From contig LCPL01000005.1 in NCBI GenBank assembly GCA_001003605.1, positions 1 to 63,197 of the forward strand: DNA of 63,197 nt, in the 5' to 3' direction. Origin of the DNA: Parcubacteria group bacterium GW2011_GWC2_48_17 (lineage in GTDB: Bacteria > Patescibacteriota > Minisyncoccia > Phycocordibacterales > UBA10002). Position numbers and translations under genes: made by a program. The notes beneath the pieces are model-generated. The model did no database searches and had not been told where the DNA came from. It saw only the letters and a program-made list of their open reading frames with translations. This document shows, piece after piece, positions 19,113 through 28,012 of this stretch. The stretch's first letter is position 1. Each line of letters starts with the position of its first letter.

Positions 19113-20318
19113 CTACTCCCCTCCAACAATGCTGTAAATCGGCATAAGCACCGAAGCGAGCAAAAATCCCACCCCAAGGCCAAGAAGAACGATTAGGGCG
19201 GGCTCAATGAGCGACACGATGGTGTCAACCGCGTTCGTTACCTCACGCCGATAAAACCGCGCCATGGTTTCAAGGATATTGCCGGTTTCCCCGCTTTCCT
19301 CTCCCACCCTCATCATTTGAATCATGATGCCTGGAATAACACGACTATGGGAAAACGCATCGGAAATTGAAGAGCCGCCTTTAACTTCTTCCGCCGCGAG
19401 TATAATAGCTTTTTCGAAAATCGCATTATCCACCACTTCGGCCGTAATCTCAAGTACCCTTATTATGGGAATTGCCGCGGAAAGTTGCGTATGCATATTG
19501 TCGGAGATGCGTGAGAGATACAATTTTCTATATAGGTCACCAATATAGGGGAGTCGTATTTTAAGCTCGCTTAGCGCATAACGGCCGCCTTGTGTCCTTG
19601 AAAACCTCCATAGGAAGAGTCCGGCCACGATGAGAAGTACGAGCAAAAACCAGCCATAGTGAACGAAAAAGAAGCTCATGCCTAGCACAATTTTGGTATA
19701 GATTGGTATTTCCTGTCCGGATTCTATTAGAATTGAACTTATGCTAGGTATCACGGTCGTAAGCATTAGAATCATCACGCCGATAAATGTCACAATGACG
19801 AAAATTGGATAGACTAGAGCGCTCTTCGCCTTGGAAGTTACTTCATAGGTTCGTTCAAGATAGTCCGCCAAGAATCCGAATATCTTGTCGAGCCTTCCCG
19901 CCTCCTCGCCGGAACGCACCATGTTTACATAAAAACTGGAAAACGCTTGGGGATGTTTCCCCATTGCCTGCGAAATGGAGCTTCCACCCTGAAGGTCATC
20001 TGACACAGATGTGAGTACCTGTCGAAGCATTGGGTGGTCAATCTCACTAGCCAAGAGTCGGAATATTCTCATAGCCGAGACTTGCGCCTCAAATAGCGTG
20101 GATATCTGGCGCGAGAGAATAACGATATCCTTGCTTTTAATCCGCTTCCAAAAAGATAAATCGCGCTTAAAAATAGATGAACTCCCCGCAGGCGCGATGG
20201 TAGAAATTGTAAAACTTCGTTTCTGGAGCGCGTTAATAGCAACTTCTATGTTGAGAGCTTCAATACTCCCGTTTATAGCCCGTCCGGAGGAATCAGAGAC
20301 TTTGTAGATGAAGAGCAT
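19113..20318 (-). CDS. pilC: type IV pilus platform protein (GspF family)
   Basis: 401 aa with two GspF-type repeats and three TM segments. Confidence 0.85.
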   Translation of the reverse strand: MLFIYKVSDSSGRAINGSIEALNIEVAINALQKRSFTISTIAPAGSSSIFKRDLSFWKRIKSKDIVILSRQISTLFEAQVSAMRIFRLLASEIDHPMLRQVLTSVSDDLQGGSSISQAMGKHPQAFSSFYVNMVRSGEEAGRLDKIFGFLADYLERTYEVTSKAKSALVYPIFVIVTFIGVMILMLTTVIPSISSILIESGQEIPIYTKIVLGMSFFFVHYGWFLLVLLIVAGLFLWRFSRTQGGRYALSELKIRLPYIGDLYRKLYLSRISDNMHTQLSAAIPIIRVLEITAEVVDNAIFEKAIILAAEEVKGGSSISDAFSHSRVIPGIMIQMMRVGEESGETGNILETMARFYRREVTNAVDTIVSLIEPALIVLLGLGVGFLLASVLMPIYSIVGGE

Positions 20319-20319
20319 G

Positions 20320-20388
20320 GCGTGTAGCGTGTAGCGTGTAGCGTGTAGCGTGTCTGACTGTTTTGGACTTGCGTTACACGTTATACGA
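20320..20388. repeat. intercistronic word-repeat hairpin (GTGTAGCG)n ... CGTTACACGTTATACG
   Basis: GCGTGTAGCG x4 - loop TGTCTGACTGTTTTGGACTT - GCGTTACACGTTATACG. The arm ends 2 nt from the pilC ATG. Confidence 0.75.
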
Positions 20389-20401
20389 TTTGAGTTTCGC
20401 G

Positions 20402-21460
20402 TTATAACAACCGGTCCATTATCTGCGGATTAGGCGAATAGGCAAAAGCATTTTCGGCGGTAATCTCCCCTCTACGCACCAAATCCGCGAGGCTTCTGTT
20501 CATATCGGTCATACCCTGCTCAAGTCCGGTTTCTATAACGGTATTTATTTCATGCGTTCGCTTCTCTCTTATAAGATTAGCGACGGCATTATTCGCGATA
20601 AGGAGTTCATAAGCGGGTATTAGTCCTCCGGATATTCTCGGCACCAAGCGCTGCGAGAAAACTCCCGTGAGAGAAGAGGCAAGCTGAAGTCGTATCTGCT
20701 CTTGCTGCCCAGGAGGAAAGATATCGATTATGCGGTCTATCGACTGAGCCGCGTTGTTTGTGTGAAGCGTAGAAAATATAAGGTGTCCGGTTTCAGCGGC
20801 GGTTACAGCTGAGCTGATTGTTTCCTGGTCGCGCATCTCTCCTATGAGCGCGACATTTACGTCTTCTCGAAACATAGATATGAGCGCCGTGCGGAAATCT
20901 TTCGTGTCAATGCGCACTTCGCGCTGGTCAATAATAGAGAGCTTCTCCTCATATACATACTCTACCGGGTCTTCAATCGTCATGATGTGTTCGGAGCGGC
21001 TTCCATTAATTATTTCTATAAGAGAAGCCAGTGTGGTTGATTTTCCGTGCCCCATTGGCCCCACAACAAGAAAAAAGCCTTGTCTTTTTTTGGTAAACTG
21101 CCCAAGCGTCTCTGGAAGATTGAGTTCTTTTAGGCTCGGGATCTTTCTGGGGATTAGCCGAAGCGCGATACCGATGTTTCCTTTTTCGAAATAGGCATTG
21201 CCTCTGAAGCGTACTCTGTCGCCAAAATTATATGAAAAATCGATTTCTTTATTCTGCAAGAAAAGTCTCCTATCCTCCGAAGAAAGAATTCCTTCAATAA
21301 ACGCCGACAAATTATCCGCAGTAAGCAAAGCCTTCTTTACGAGAGGCGTAATCCCTCCAGAAACGCGGAGCACGGGGTGACGGCCTACCAAGAGGTGGAG
21401 GTCGGACGCGCCCTCGTGAATGGTCGTTTCGATGAGATTTGTTAAAAGTTCTTTGGACAT
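20402..21460 (-). CDS. pilT: twitching motility retraction ATPase
   Basis: 352 aa with Walker A GPMGHGKSTT, an Asp box, Walker B and the His box of the PilT/GspE family. It lacks the long N-terminal domain of PilB. Confidence 0.85.
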   Translation of the reverse strand: MSKELLTNLIETTIHEGASDLHLLVGRHPVLRVSGGITPLVKKALLTADNLSAFIEGILSSEDRRLFLQNKEIDFSYNFGDRVRFRGNAYFEKGNIGIALRLIPRKIPSLKELNLPETLGQFTKKRQGFFLVVGPMGHGKSTTLASLIEIINGSRSEHIMTIEDPVEYVYEEKLSIIDQREVRIDTKDFRTALISMFREDVNVALIGEMRDQETISSAVTAAETGHLIFSTLHTNNAAQSIDRIIDIFPPGQQEQIRLQLASSLTGVFSQRLVPRISGGLIPAYELLIANNAVANLIREKRTHEINTVIETGLEQGMTDMNRSLADLVRRGEITAENAFAYSPNPQIMDRLL

Positions 21461-21535
21461 AGCGTGTAGCGTGTAGCGTGTAGCGTGTAGCGCGACTCTG
21501 GCGTTATACGCTTTACGTTACACGTTTTGCGTTAC
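21461..21535. repeat. intercistronic word-repeat hairpin (GTGTAGCG)n ... (CGTTAYACG)n
   Basis: AGCGTGTAGCG x4 - loop - GCGTTATACGCTTTACGTTACACGTTTTGCGTTAC lies between the receiver gene and pilT. Confidence 0.75.
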
Positions 21536-21930
21536 TTTAGCTTCTTAGCTAAAATGGCTTTGACCTCTGCCACCACTTCCGATGGAGTAGCCGTTGCTTT
21601 CACTATATATCCGTCAACTCCTAGACTTTTGGCGCGTTCAATATCAGCGGATTGACTTGTGTTCGTGAGAACGAGTATCGCGGAATCTGGAGAAAGATGT
21701 TCATCTCTTAGCTTTTTTATGAATTCAAGCCCGTCCATAGTCGGCATTATAAGGTCACATAGTATCGCGTTTGGAGAATAGCCATCACGAAGCGTCCGTA
21801 GCGCAGTATCCGCGTTATTTGCCGTTTCAATGTCAAATCCGGAATTCTTGAATTTAAGCGCGTACATGTTCAAAAGGAACTGGTCATCATCAAGAAGAAG
21901 GAGTGAGGTCTTTTTCGGTTTAGTTTCCAT
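21532..21930 (-). CDS. single-domain response regulator (CheY-like receiver)
   Basis: 132 aa with LLLLDDD, the phospho-acceptor context LCDLIMP and a conserved Lys (YIVKA). Confidence 0.85.
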   Translation of the reverse strand: METKPKKTSLLLLDDDQFLLNMYALKFKNSGFDIETANNADTALRTLRDGYSPNAILCDLIMPTMDGLEFIKKLRDEHLSPDSAILVLTNTSQSADIERAKSLGVDGYIVKATATPSEVVAEVKAILAKKLK

Positions 21931-22048
21931 ATGCCTATTATAGCAGATACCAATATGCTAATGGGTACGAATGATACTAATAATACGAATACCGCGATTT
22001 CCTATTGGTACTATTCGTTTCATTAGTATACATTGGTATATTTAGTAT
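21931..22048. repeat. AT-rich word-repeat hairpin (TACGAAT / GGTAT words) with a TATAAT 6 nt from the receiver ATG
   Basis: The spacer between the pilB stop and the receiver start is filled by complementary arms. The minus strand reads GCTATAATAGGCAT-ATG. Confidence 0.6.
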
Positions 22049-23761
22049 CTATAATTTATTCACTTCTTCCCATGGAATCTCGTGTTTAAAAGCCTTGATA
22101 ATGGCATCTTCACGCAAAGTAAGCATGCCTTGCTTTCTTCCGACACGCATAATCTCCGCTTCAGACGGATTCTTTAATATGACTCCCTCAAGTTCACGGT
22201 CCATCTGAAGAATCTCGAAGACTGCCGCTCTGCCGCGCGTACCTTTCGGGCAATCGGGCGTGATGTCAATTAGAAGTACGTCCTTTGAAAAAGGAATGTC
22301 TTTCTTAAAGGCATCCGACAGGTCGCTAAAGTCCTTGTCAATCGATGCCTTGATGCTACCTTCAACCGGCACGACTTTCCCCGTATTGGGACAAATGAGC
22401 TGTACGAGACGCTGGGCTATCGCGAGAATAAGTGTTGGCGCTATGAGAAACGGGTCAACGCCCATGTCGATTAGGCGCGGAATTACTCCGGCGGCGTTGT
22501 TGGTGTGGATGGTCGAGAATACGAGATGTCCAGTGAGCGCAGCCTGTACGGCAAGTTGCGCGGTTTCTTTATCGCGTATCTCACCCACCATGATTATGTC
22601 GGGGTCCTGCCTTAGCGTGTGCCGAAGGCCTGCCGCAAAAGTATACCCAATTTCAGGCCGTATTTGCGACTGACTTACGCCAGGGATGTTGTATTCTACT
22701 GGGTCCTCAAGCGAGAGTACATTGCTTTTATCGCGGTCTATTTCATTTAACATCGTATACAAAGTTGTTGATTTTCCTGAACCTGTGGGGCCGGAAATCA
22801 GCACCATGCCATACGGACGCTGAATAGCCTCGCGAATGAGAGCGAGATTTCTTTTGGAGAGCCCCATCTCCTCCAATGGCTTCACTCCCTTCTCGGTGTC
22901 CAAAATACGCATCACGGCCTTTTCTCCGTAATAAGAAGGAAATGTGGAAACACGAAAGTCAATGCGGTGTCCCTCTATACGCGCGCTGAAGCGTCCGTCT
23001 TGCGGTTTTCTTTTTTCATCGAGTTTCATATTCGAGAGAATTTTTATGCGCGCGAGGAGAGCTGCGTGTACTTTTGTGGGGAGTATGAGTGAAGTGTTCA
23101 GAACTCCATCTACTCTGAAACGAACGCGGATTTCATTCCCCATATGTTCAATGTGGATATCCGAGGCGTTGCCCTCGGCGGCATAGTGCAATATGGTGGC
23201 CACGATTTTAGTTACAGGAGCGTCTTCTGTAATGCGGGTTTCTGCGTTCGCTCCGATAGAAGAAGCTCCATGGGTGGACGATTCTTCAGGACTTAGTTCC
23301 GTGTCGAGCTCGGATAGCGCCTGGGTTACTTCGCCGGATAGACCTTTGTACGACTGCAGTACTCTTTCAAAATCATCCTCCGATATGAGGTACAATTTAT
23401 ACGGCATGCTGAGCTTGGAGGATATGAAATTGATAGCATCCATCGCCTCCAGATTGTCCGGGTCTACGATGCCAAGAAGAAGAGCGCCATCAGTAAGTCC
23501 GATAGGTACGAAGCGATAGAATGTAGCCGATTCCTCCGGAACATATTTTAATATTTCAAAAGAGATATCTTTGCCTTCTAGGCTCTGAAATGGAATGCCG
23601 TGGAGTTCAGCCTTACCCGCAAAAATGTCTTCGCGTTTTAAGCCGTAGTTAATAAGAGCGGTCTCAATGTCCCCGCCGAGCGAGTTTGAGCGTTCGGAAA
23701 GCGCTGGAATATCGGCTTCCGATATAATTCCCTTTTTAGTTAAAATCTCAAGTAGTGTCAT
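22049..23761 (-). CDS. pilB: type IV pilus assembly ATPase
   Basis: GspE N-terminal domain and Walker A GPTGSGKSTT. I prefer the ATG at 23761 (MTLLEIL). The GTG at 23806 used by the ORF track lies inside a leader element also found upstream of glmS and rpmI. Confidence 0.85.
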   Translation of the reverse strand: MTLLEILTKKGIISEADIPALSERSNSLGGDIETALINYGLKREDIFAGKAELHGIPFQSLEGKDISFEILKYVPEESATFYRFVPIGLTDGALLLGIVDPDNLEAMDAINFISSKLSMPYKLYLISEDDFERVLQSYKGLSGEVTQALSELDTELSPEESSTHGASSIGANAETRITEDAPVTKIVATILHYAAEGNASDIHIEHMGNEIRVRFRVDGVLNTSLILPTKVHAALLARIKILSNMKLDEKRKPQDGRFSARIEGHRIDFRVSTFPSYYGEKAVMRILDTEKGVKPLEEMGLSKRNLALIREAIQRPYGMVLISGPTGSGKSTTLYTMLNEIDRDKSNVLSLEDPVEYNIPGVSQSQIRPEIGYTFAAGLRHTLRQDPDIIMVGEIRDKETAQLAVQAALTGHLVFSTIHTNNAAGVIPRLIDMGVDPFLIAPTLILAIAQRLVQLICPNTGKVVPVEGSIKASIDKDFSDLSDAFKKDIPFSKDVLLIDITPDCPKGTRGRAAVFEILQMDRELEGVILKNPSEAEIMRVGRKQGMLTLREDAIIKAFKHEIPWEEVNKL

Positions 23762-23860
23762 GGCTGATTTTTTTAACGAGCGGAGCGAGTTTTTAAAAAT
23801 CGCCACCCCGTTAAATCCCGCTCCGCGGGAATCCGCCTTTGGCGGATTATTTAACGGGGT
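23762..23860 (-). promoter_or_regulatory. shared 5' leader cassette (three-way junction), copy A, upstream of pilB
   Basis: The minus strand reads ACCCCGTTAAATA-[ATCCGCC AAA GGCGGAT]-[CCCGC GGA GCGGG]-ATTTAACGGGGT-GGCGATTTTT...AAAAATCAGCC-ATG. Confidence 0.65.
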
Positions 23861-23922
23861 AATGTTCGGCAGCCGCAGTTTCGATATTCAGAGACTGAAT
23901 CCCGAAACTGCGGGCCGAGCCA

Positions 23923-24348
23923 TTATTCTATATCAAATCCATCCGAAACTGGCGCTTTTGGCGCGGAGGTCGGCTTGCTTGACGCGCTCTCTGTGGCCTT
24001 TGGCTTGGTAGAACTTCCTCCTTTCGTATCTGCTGTCTCCTCGAATGAAGCGAACGGATTGCGGCGACCTATCGGCTGAGGCGCTATCTCGACTCCGAAA
24101 TCTTTCAAACTGTTGAATACTGGGTCGTCAAAAATAGTTTTATCCAGCTTGGTGGACTTCAGTTTAGCAAGCGCGGCAAGAAGTTCGCGGCCAAGTTTGG
24201 CGTCAAGCGGAGAAATCGGAAGTGTGGTTATCTCCCCGGAATCCGAACGCTTGTTTGAAAGTGAATAGAATAAAAATACAATCAGCAAAACGACCATAAA
24301 CAAGAACGCCAAAATCGTCTTTTTATCTATATTTCCAAAAATGTTCAT
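23923..24348 (-). CDS. single-pass membrane protein of the pilus locus (PilP-position), function unknown
   Basis: 141 aa with an N-terminal TM helix and a Ser/Thr/Pro/Lys-rich tail. It sits between pilO and pilB. Confidence 0.45.
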   Translation of the reverse strand: MNIFGNIDKKTILAFLFMVVLLIVFLFYSLSNKRSDSGEITTLPISPLDAKLGRELLAALAKLKSTKLDKTIFDDPVFNSLKDFGVEIAPQPIGRRNPFASFEETADTKGGSSTKPKATESASSKPTSAPKAPVSDGFDIE

Positions 24349-24404
24349 GGCTGATTTCGTATAGTTAAAGAGTGAAAAAATGAGAGGCTATTTTGAGATG
24401 GATT

Positions 24405-25004
24405 CTAAAAGACGTTTGCTGAATCAGCGCTTAAGCGATAGGTCGAAACTGCTACCACATATTCGTATAAATCTTCTCTGGAACTAAATGAAATCGTCTC
24501 TATATCCACAAGTCGGAGGCTTTGCTCTAAGTCCCGTATGAACGAGCGAAAGTTATCGTAGGAACCATCCACGCTGAACTTAAGACCAACAGACTTGAAA
24601 CGTTCCTGCGCTGGACCTAAAGTAAGCGAAGCCGCGGGAGCGGTCGCGGAATCGGACTGTGTCAGACTTATGTTCTTTAGCTTCATTCCGTACTGCGCTG
24701 CCATATTGTTTACGTCAATGATAAGTCTGACAGAATCAATATGGTCAGGGAGTAATTTTTCTATTCTTTCACGGCCGTCGGCAGGTATGCGGGCATATTC
24801 TTCGAGTAGACCGGTTCGCGCTTGTTCTATTTCTTTCGTCTTATTCAGCGCGTCTATATAACGGCTTTGCTCTTCTTTTAGCTCGCTTATGCTTCGCTCG
24901 CTTAGTTCCACGTTCCCGGTTACGGCTCTGTAAGTGGGGCTCACATAGCCGAAAAATACGCCTATGGAAACGAGAATGAGAAAGATTGAGATAATATTGC
25001 TCAT
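24405..25004 (-). CDS. pilO: pilus assembly protein PilO-like
   Basis: 199 aa with an N-terminal TM helix, a coiled coil and a ferredoxin-like C-terminus. The position after pilN supports the call. Confidence 0.6.
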   Translation of the reverse strand: MSNIISIFLILVSIGVFFGYVSPTYRAVTGNVELSERSISELKEEQSRYIDALNKTKEIEQARTGLLEEYARIPADGRERIEKLLPDHIDSVRLIIDVNNMAAQYGMKLKNISLTQSDSATAPAASLTLGPAQERFKSVGLKFSVDGSYDNFRSFIRDLEQSLRLVDIETISFSSREDLYEYVVAVSTYRLSADSANVF

Positions 25005-25123
25005 CCCGTTAGAAGCAGATCGCGACCACGCGAACCTGCTTAACTACCTTCTTTAGTGATTCGACCATGGTATTGAAGTGATACATAGAAATAATACTTT
25101 AGGCGATTGCGGCTTCTAACGGG
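25005..25123. repeat. long-range inverted repeat CCCGTTAGAAGC ... GCTTCTAACGGG, copy 2
   Basis: It starts 1 nt upstream of the pilO ATG. The arms are the same as at 3438..3536. Confidence 0.6.
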
Positions 25124-25138
25124 ACTCATGTATAAATG

Positions 25139-25771
25139 TTACTTTGCTGATGCCTCATCCTTTGTGTCCGAATCATCTTTGCCAAGTATGGTTTCGCGAT
25201 ACAAAAGAAGTTTCGGGTCGACTGTCGTCTGAAAATTGAATATGACATCTCCGCGCTCGTTCAGGCTGAAGTTGGAGAATATGGGGTCCTTGAATGAACG
25301 CTCCGTGCCGAACACATCGGATTGCAGGGCTACGGAATTAAAGCTCTTCGCCTGACCGGTCATTCCAACAGTGACTTCACGCTTTCCCTCGGCGTTGAAA
25401 TGGAAATCTTGGAAGCGAACGCTTTCAAGCGTTTTTTTTTCCAGAATGTCGAATAGCGGCGAAAGTGCTCGGTGTGAATTAAGGAGCTCTTTCGCGCCTT
25501 CAATTCTTGCGTTAAGCAAAGAGGCCTCGGCTATAAACTCGGGGTCAAAGCTCTTCTTGGCCTGGAGGAGCGAGGCGTCAAGTTCGGCAATTGACTTAAT
25601 GAGATATGATTTATAGAAAAACACGGATACCGCGAGACCGATTACGACGAAAAAGACTAGTATGGCAAGAACAAAGAATAAATTGATGCTTCTGCCGCCG
25701 ATTCCTTGCGAGGTTGGCAAGGCGCTTGGTGTTTTCTTGGGAATGAAAGAGGTTTGTATTTGAATAGGCAT
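25139..25771 (-). CDS. pilN: pilus assembly protein PilN-like
   Basis: The internal ATG at 25771 (MPIQIQTSF) gives a 210 aa protein with one TM helix. The longer ORF extends into the repeat spacer. Confidence 0.6.
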   Translation of the reverse strand: MPIQIQTSFIPKKTPSALPTSQGIGGRSINLFFVLAILVFFVVIGLAVSVFFYKSYLIKSIAELDASLLQAKKSFDPEFIAEASLLNARIEGAKELLNSHRALSPLFDILEKKTLESVRFQDFHFNAEGKREVTVGMTGQAKSFNSVALQSDVFGTERSFKDPIFSNFSLNERGDVIFNFQTTVDPKLLLYRETILGKDDSDTKDEASAK

Positions 25772-26020
25772 GGTAGGAAAGCACAAATCTTGGAAAACTG
25801 CCCAAAGCACAGACTGCACAATATCCCCGCCTGCGCCAACCTGTCTGCCGTGCCAACGGCACAGGCAGGGGCTATGGCGGGCAGGCAAACAAAGCCACAA
25901 ACTACTCAAAACACAAACGGTTGGGAAGTTTGGGACAGTGTGTCTTGTCTGGGTTTTTGTGTACTGTGCTTTGTGCTTTTATCCCTTAATTGTACCGTAC
26001 TTCTGCAAAGAACATATCCC
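25772..26020. repeat. strand-asymmetric long hairpin (CACAAA / TTTGTG word family) with embedded GC hairpin
   Basis: An A/C-rich arm (AAAGCACAAA, CCCAAAGCACAGACTGCACAAT) faces a G/T-rich arm (TGTGTACTGTGCTTTGTGCTTTT). In the centre is CTGCCGTGCCAACGGCACAGGCAG. Confidence 0.65.
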
Positions 26021-27184
26021 CTATCCGCTCTCCTGAAGTTCTCTAAAGGCAATGCCGAGCGCGACGGTGAATTCAGGCCCCGCATTTTTGAGCACTTCTT
26101 CCAAAAACGCCGGAGCTTCTACCTGCTTAAAAGGGTCGGCCCTTTCAACGGGAATTGAAAAATTCTTCTGCGCGAGCGTAGAAATGCCTCCGAGATTGGC
26201 CCCGCCGCCGGAAAGTATAATATTTTTTACTTTTCGCCCAAACTTGTGTTCAAAACTAAGTAAGGTGCGGCTGGTCTCCGAAAAGATGACATTGAGGATG
26301 GCAGTGAGCGACGCGGTCTCTTCACGCCCTTCATTTTGAAGCCCTTCTCTTCGTTTCATCTTTTCCGCTTCTTCCACGCTAATGCCGAGCGCGCGGGAAA
26401 GCGAGAGCGTTATATCTTGCCCGCCATGACTTATTATGTGAGAGGTGCGTATAAGCCCCCTGTCGATTATATAGAGTTTGGTTTCTCCGGCGCCAAGGTC
26501 AAGCACCGCGTGCGGTTCAAGGTCTTGAGGAAAGAGAGCTCGTATTGTGCTAAAAAGTTCAACTTCTAAAAAACTTGATTCAAGACCGCTATCCTTAACT
26601 ATATCGCGATACCGATTAAGAGCTTCGTTATGGATGGCCGCGATCAGGATTTTCATATTTATCGGAGTGTCTGCTCCTTTACCGCCTGAATCCGCGGAAG
26701 GAGAAACTTGGTCAGAAGAGTTCGGGGGAGTTTGTCCGCCAACATTTTCTTGCACCGTTGGCTCCTCCGGTATAACCCACCAGTCTAAATTCACTTCGGA
26801 AATCGGGACGGGAATATATTTCCTCGCTTCGAGCGAAACAACGGTCGCGAGCTGTCTTTGGTCGAACACGCGCATATCCATGGAAGTCACGAGACTTGAA
26901 GAGAACGGGATGGCGAAGGCCGCTCGTTTTGACGTGGCGTGCGCTTCGCGAAGAATGTCACGAAGCGCTTCGGCTATTTTGTCGGGGGGGAGATGAGTCG
27001 CCCGTCCAATTTCCACTCCGGCATATGGTCCAAGCGCGAGCGACCCGTATGTTTCAAGGACGGCCTTACCGCTCTTTCGCCGAAGCTGCACTATTTTGAT
27101 GTAAGCGTTACCGATGTCCACGCCGACCACACTGTCATTTTGAGATTGGAGGTTCGTTAGCAGATTTTTGAGCCGATCAAACAT
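26021..27184 (-). CDS. pilM: pilus assembly ATPase-fold protein PilM
   Basis: Actin/HSP70-like fold motifs (VGVDIGNAYIK, DLGAGETKL). The ATG at 27184 (MFDRLKNLL) is preferred. Confidence 0.8.
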   Translation of the reverse strand: MFDRLKNLLTNLQSQNDSVVGVDIGNAYIKIVQLRRKSGKAVLETYGSLALGPYAGVEIGRATHLPPDKIAEALRDILREAHATSKRAAFAIPFSSSLVTSMDMRVFDQRQLATVVSLEARKYIPVPISEVNLDWWVIPEEPTVQENVGGQTPPNSSDQVSPSADSGGKGADTPINMKILIAAIHNEALNRYRDIVKDSGLESSFLEVELFSTIRALFPQDLEPHAVLDLGAGETKLYIIDRGLIRTSHIISHGGQDITLSLSRALGISVEEAEKMKRREGLQNEGREETASLTAILNVIFSETSRTLLSFEHKFGRKVKNIILSGGGANLGGISTLAQKNFSIPVERADPFKQVEAPAFLEEVLKNAGPEFTVALGIAFRELQESG

Positions 27185-27280
27185 AATGACAGTATAACAA
27201 ATTACTAAATAACTCATAACTGAATAACGGGAGCGGAATACGCTTGGGTCATTCAGTTATTCAGTGATATGTTATAGGTT

Positions 27281-27997
27281 ATGTTCGAATTCTTGCTCGA
27301 TATCATCTTTCCCAAGAAGCTTCTCGTCCAGGAGCTCGAGCGGATGGACGCGTCCGAATTTGCCTCGCGGGCAACAAGAGGTGCGTCTAATTTCGGCGGC
27401 GCGAACGACTCTGCAAAGGGAGGACTAGAACGGACAGGCCGAAACGCCTCCGCAAACAGCGGACTCGGACGGGCAGGCAAAGAAATTCTTTCGTGTTTCG
27501 ACTACCGCGACAGACTGGTGCGGCAGGCTGTCTTTGAACTAAAGTATCGCGGCAACAAAAAAGTGGCGCGGCTCCTTGCGACGACGCTTTATGACGAACT
27601 TCTTGCCTTTCTTGAAGAATACGCGCCTCTCACAAATTTTACCGAGCCGCTTCTTGTGCCGATTCCTCTGTCAAAAACTCGGGAGTCGGAGCGCGGATTC
27701 AATCAGTGTAAACTCCTTGTAGATATTCTTTTGGAAATGGACGGCGGCAGGAATTTTACTCTTTCCTTCGCGCTCACAAAATGCAAAGACACCGGAAGCC
27801 AGACCAAAATGGACACGCGAAAAAAACGACTTGAAAATCTCAAGGGGTGTTTTGTTGCGGACGGCAAAGCCGTCGAAGGGCGGAACATCATTCTCATAGA
27901 TGATGTGGCGACTACGGGCGCGACGCTTGTGGAAGCGCGAAAGACGCTCCTTCGCGCTGGAGCGCGCAAAGTCATCGCCTTCACCGTGGCGCATTGA
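27281..27997 (+). CDS. comFC: ComF family phosphoribosyltransferase-domain protein
   Basis: C-terminal PRT motif IILIDDVATTGATL and ComF-like core RGFNQ. Confidence 0.75.
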   Translation: MFEFLLDIIFPKKLLVQELERMDASEFASRATRGASNFGGANDSAKGGLERTGRNASANSGLGRAGKEILSCFDYRDRLVRQAVFELKYRGNKKVARLLATTLYDELLAFLEEYAPLTNFTEPLLVPIPLSKTRESERGFNQCKLLVDILLEMDGGRNFTLSFALTKCKDTGSQTKMDTRKKRLENLKGCFVADGKAVEGRNIILIDDVATTGATLVEARKTLLRAGARKVIAFTVAH

Positions 27998-28012
27998 AGA
28001 AGCGTATAGCGG

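Noticed and set aside
20320-21535. Tandem short repeats (GTGTAGCG and similar) considered as a possible CRISPR array.
   Set aside because: The repeat unit is 6-8 nt with no spacers of 25-40 nt. The arrays are paired with complementary arrays to form hairpins. No cas genes are present in the window.
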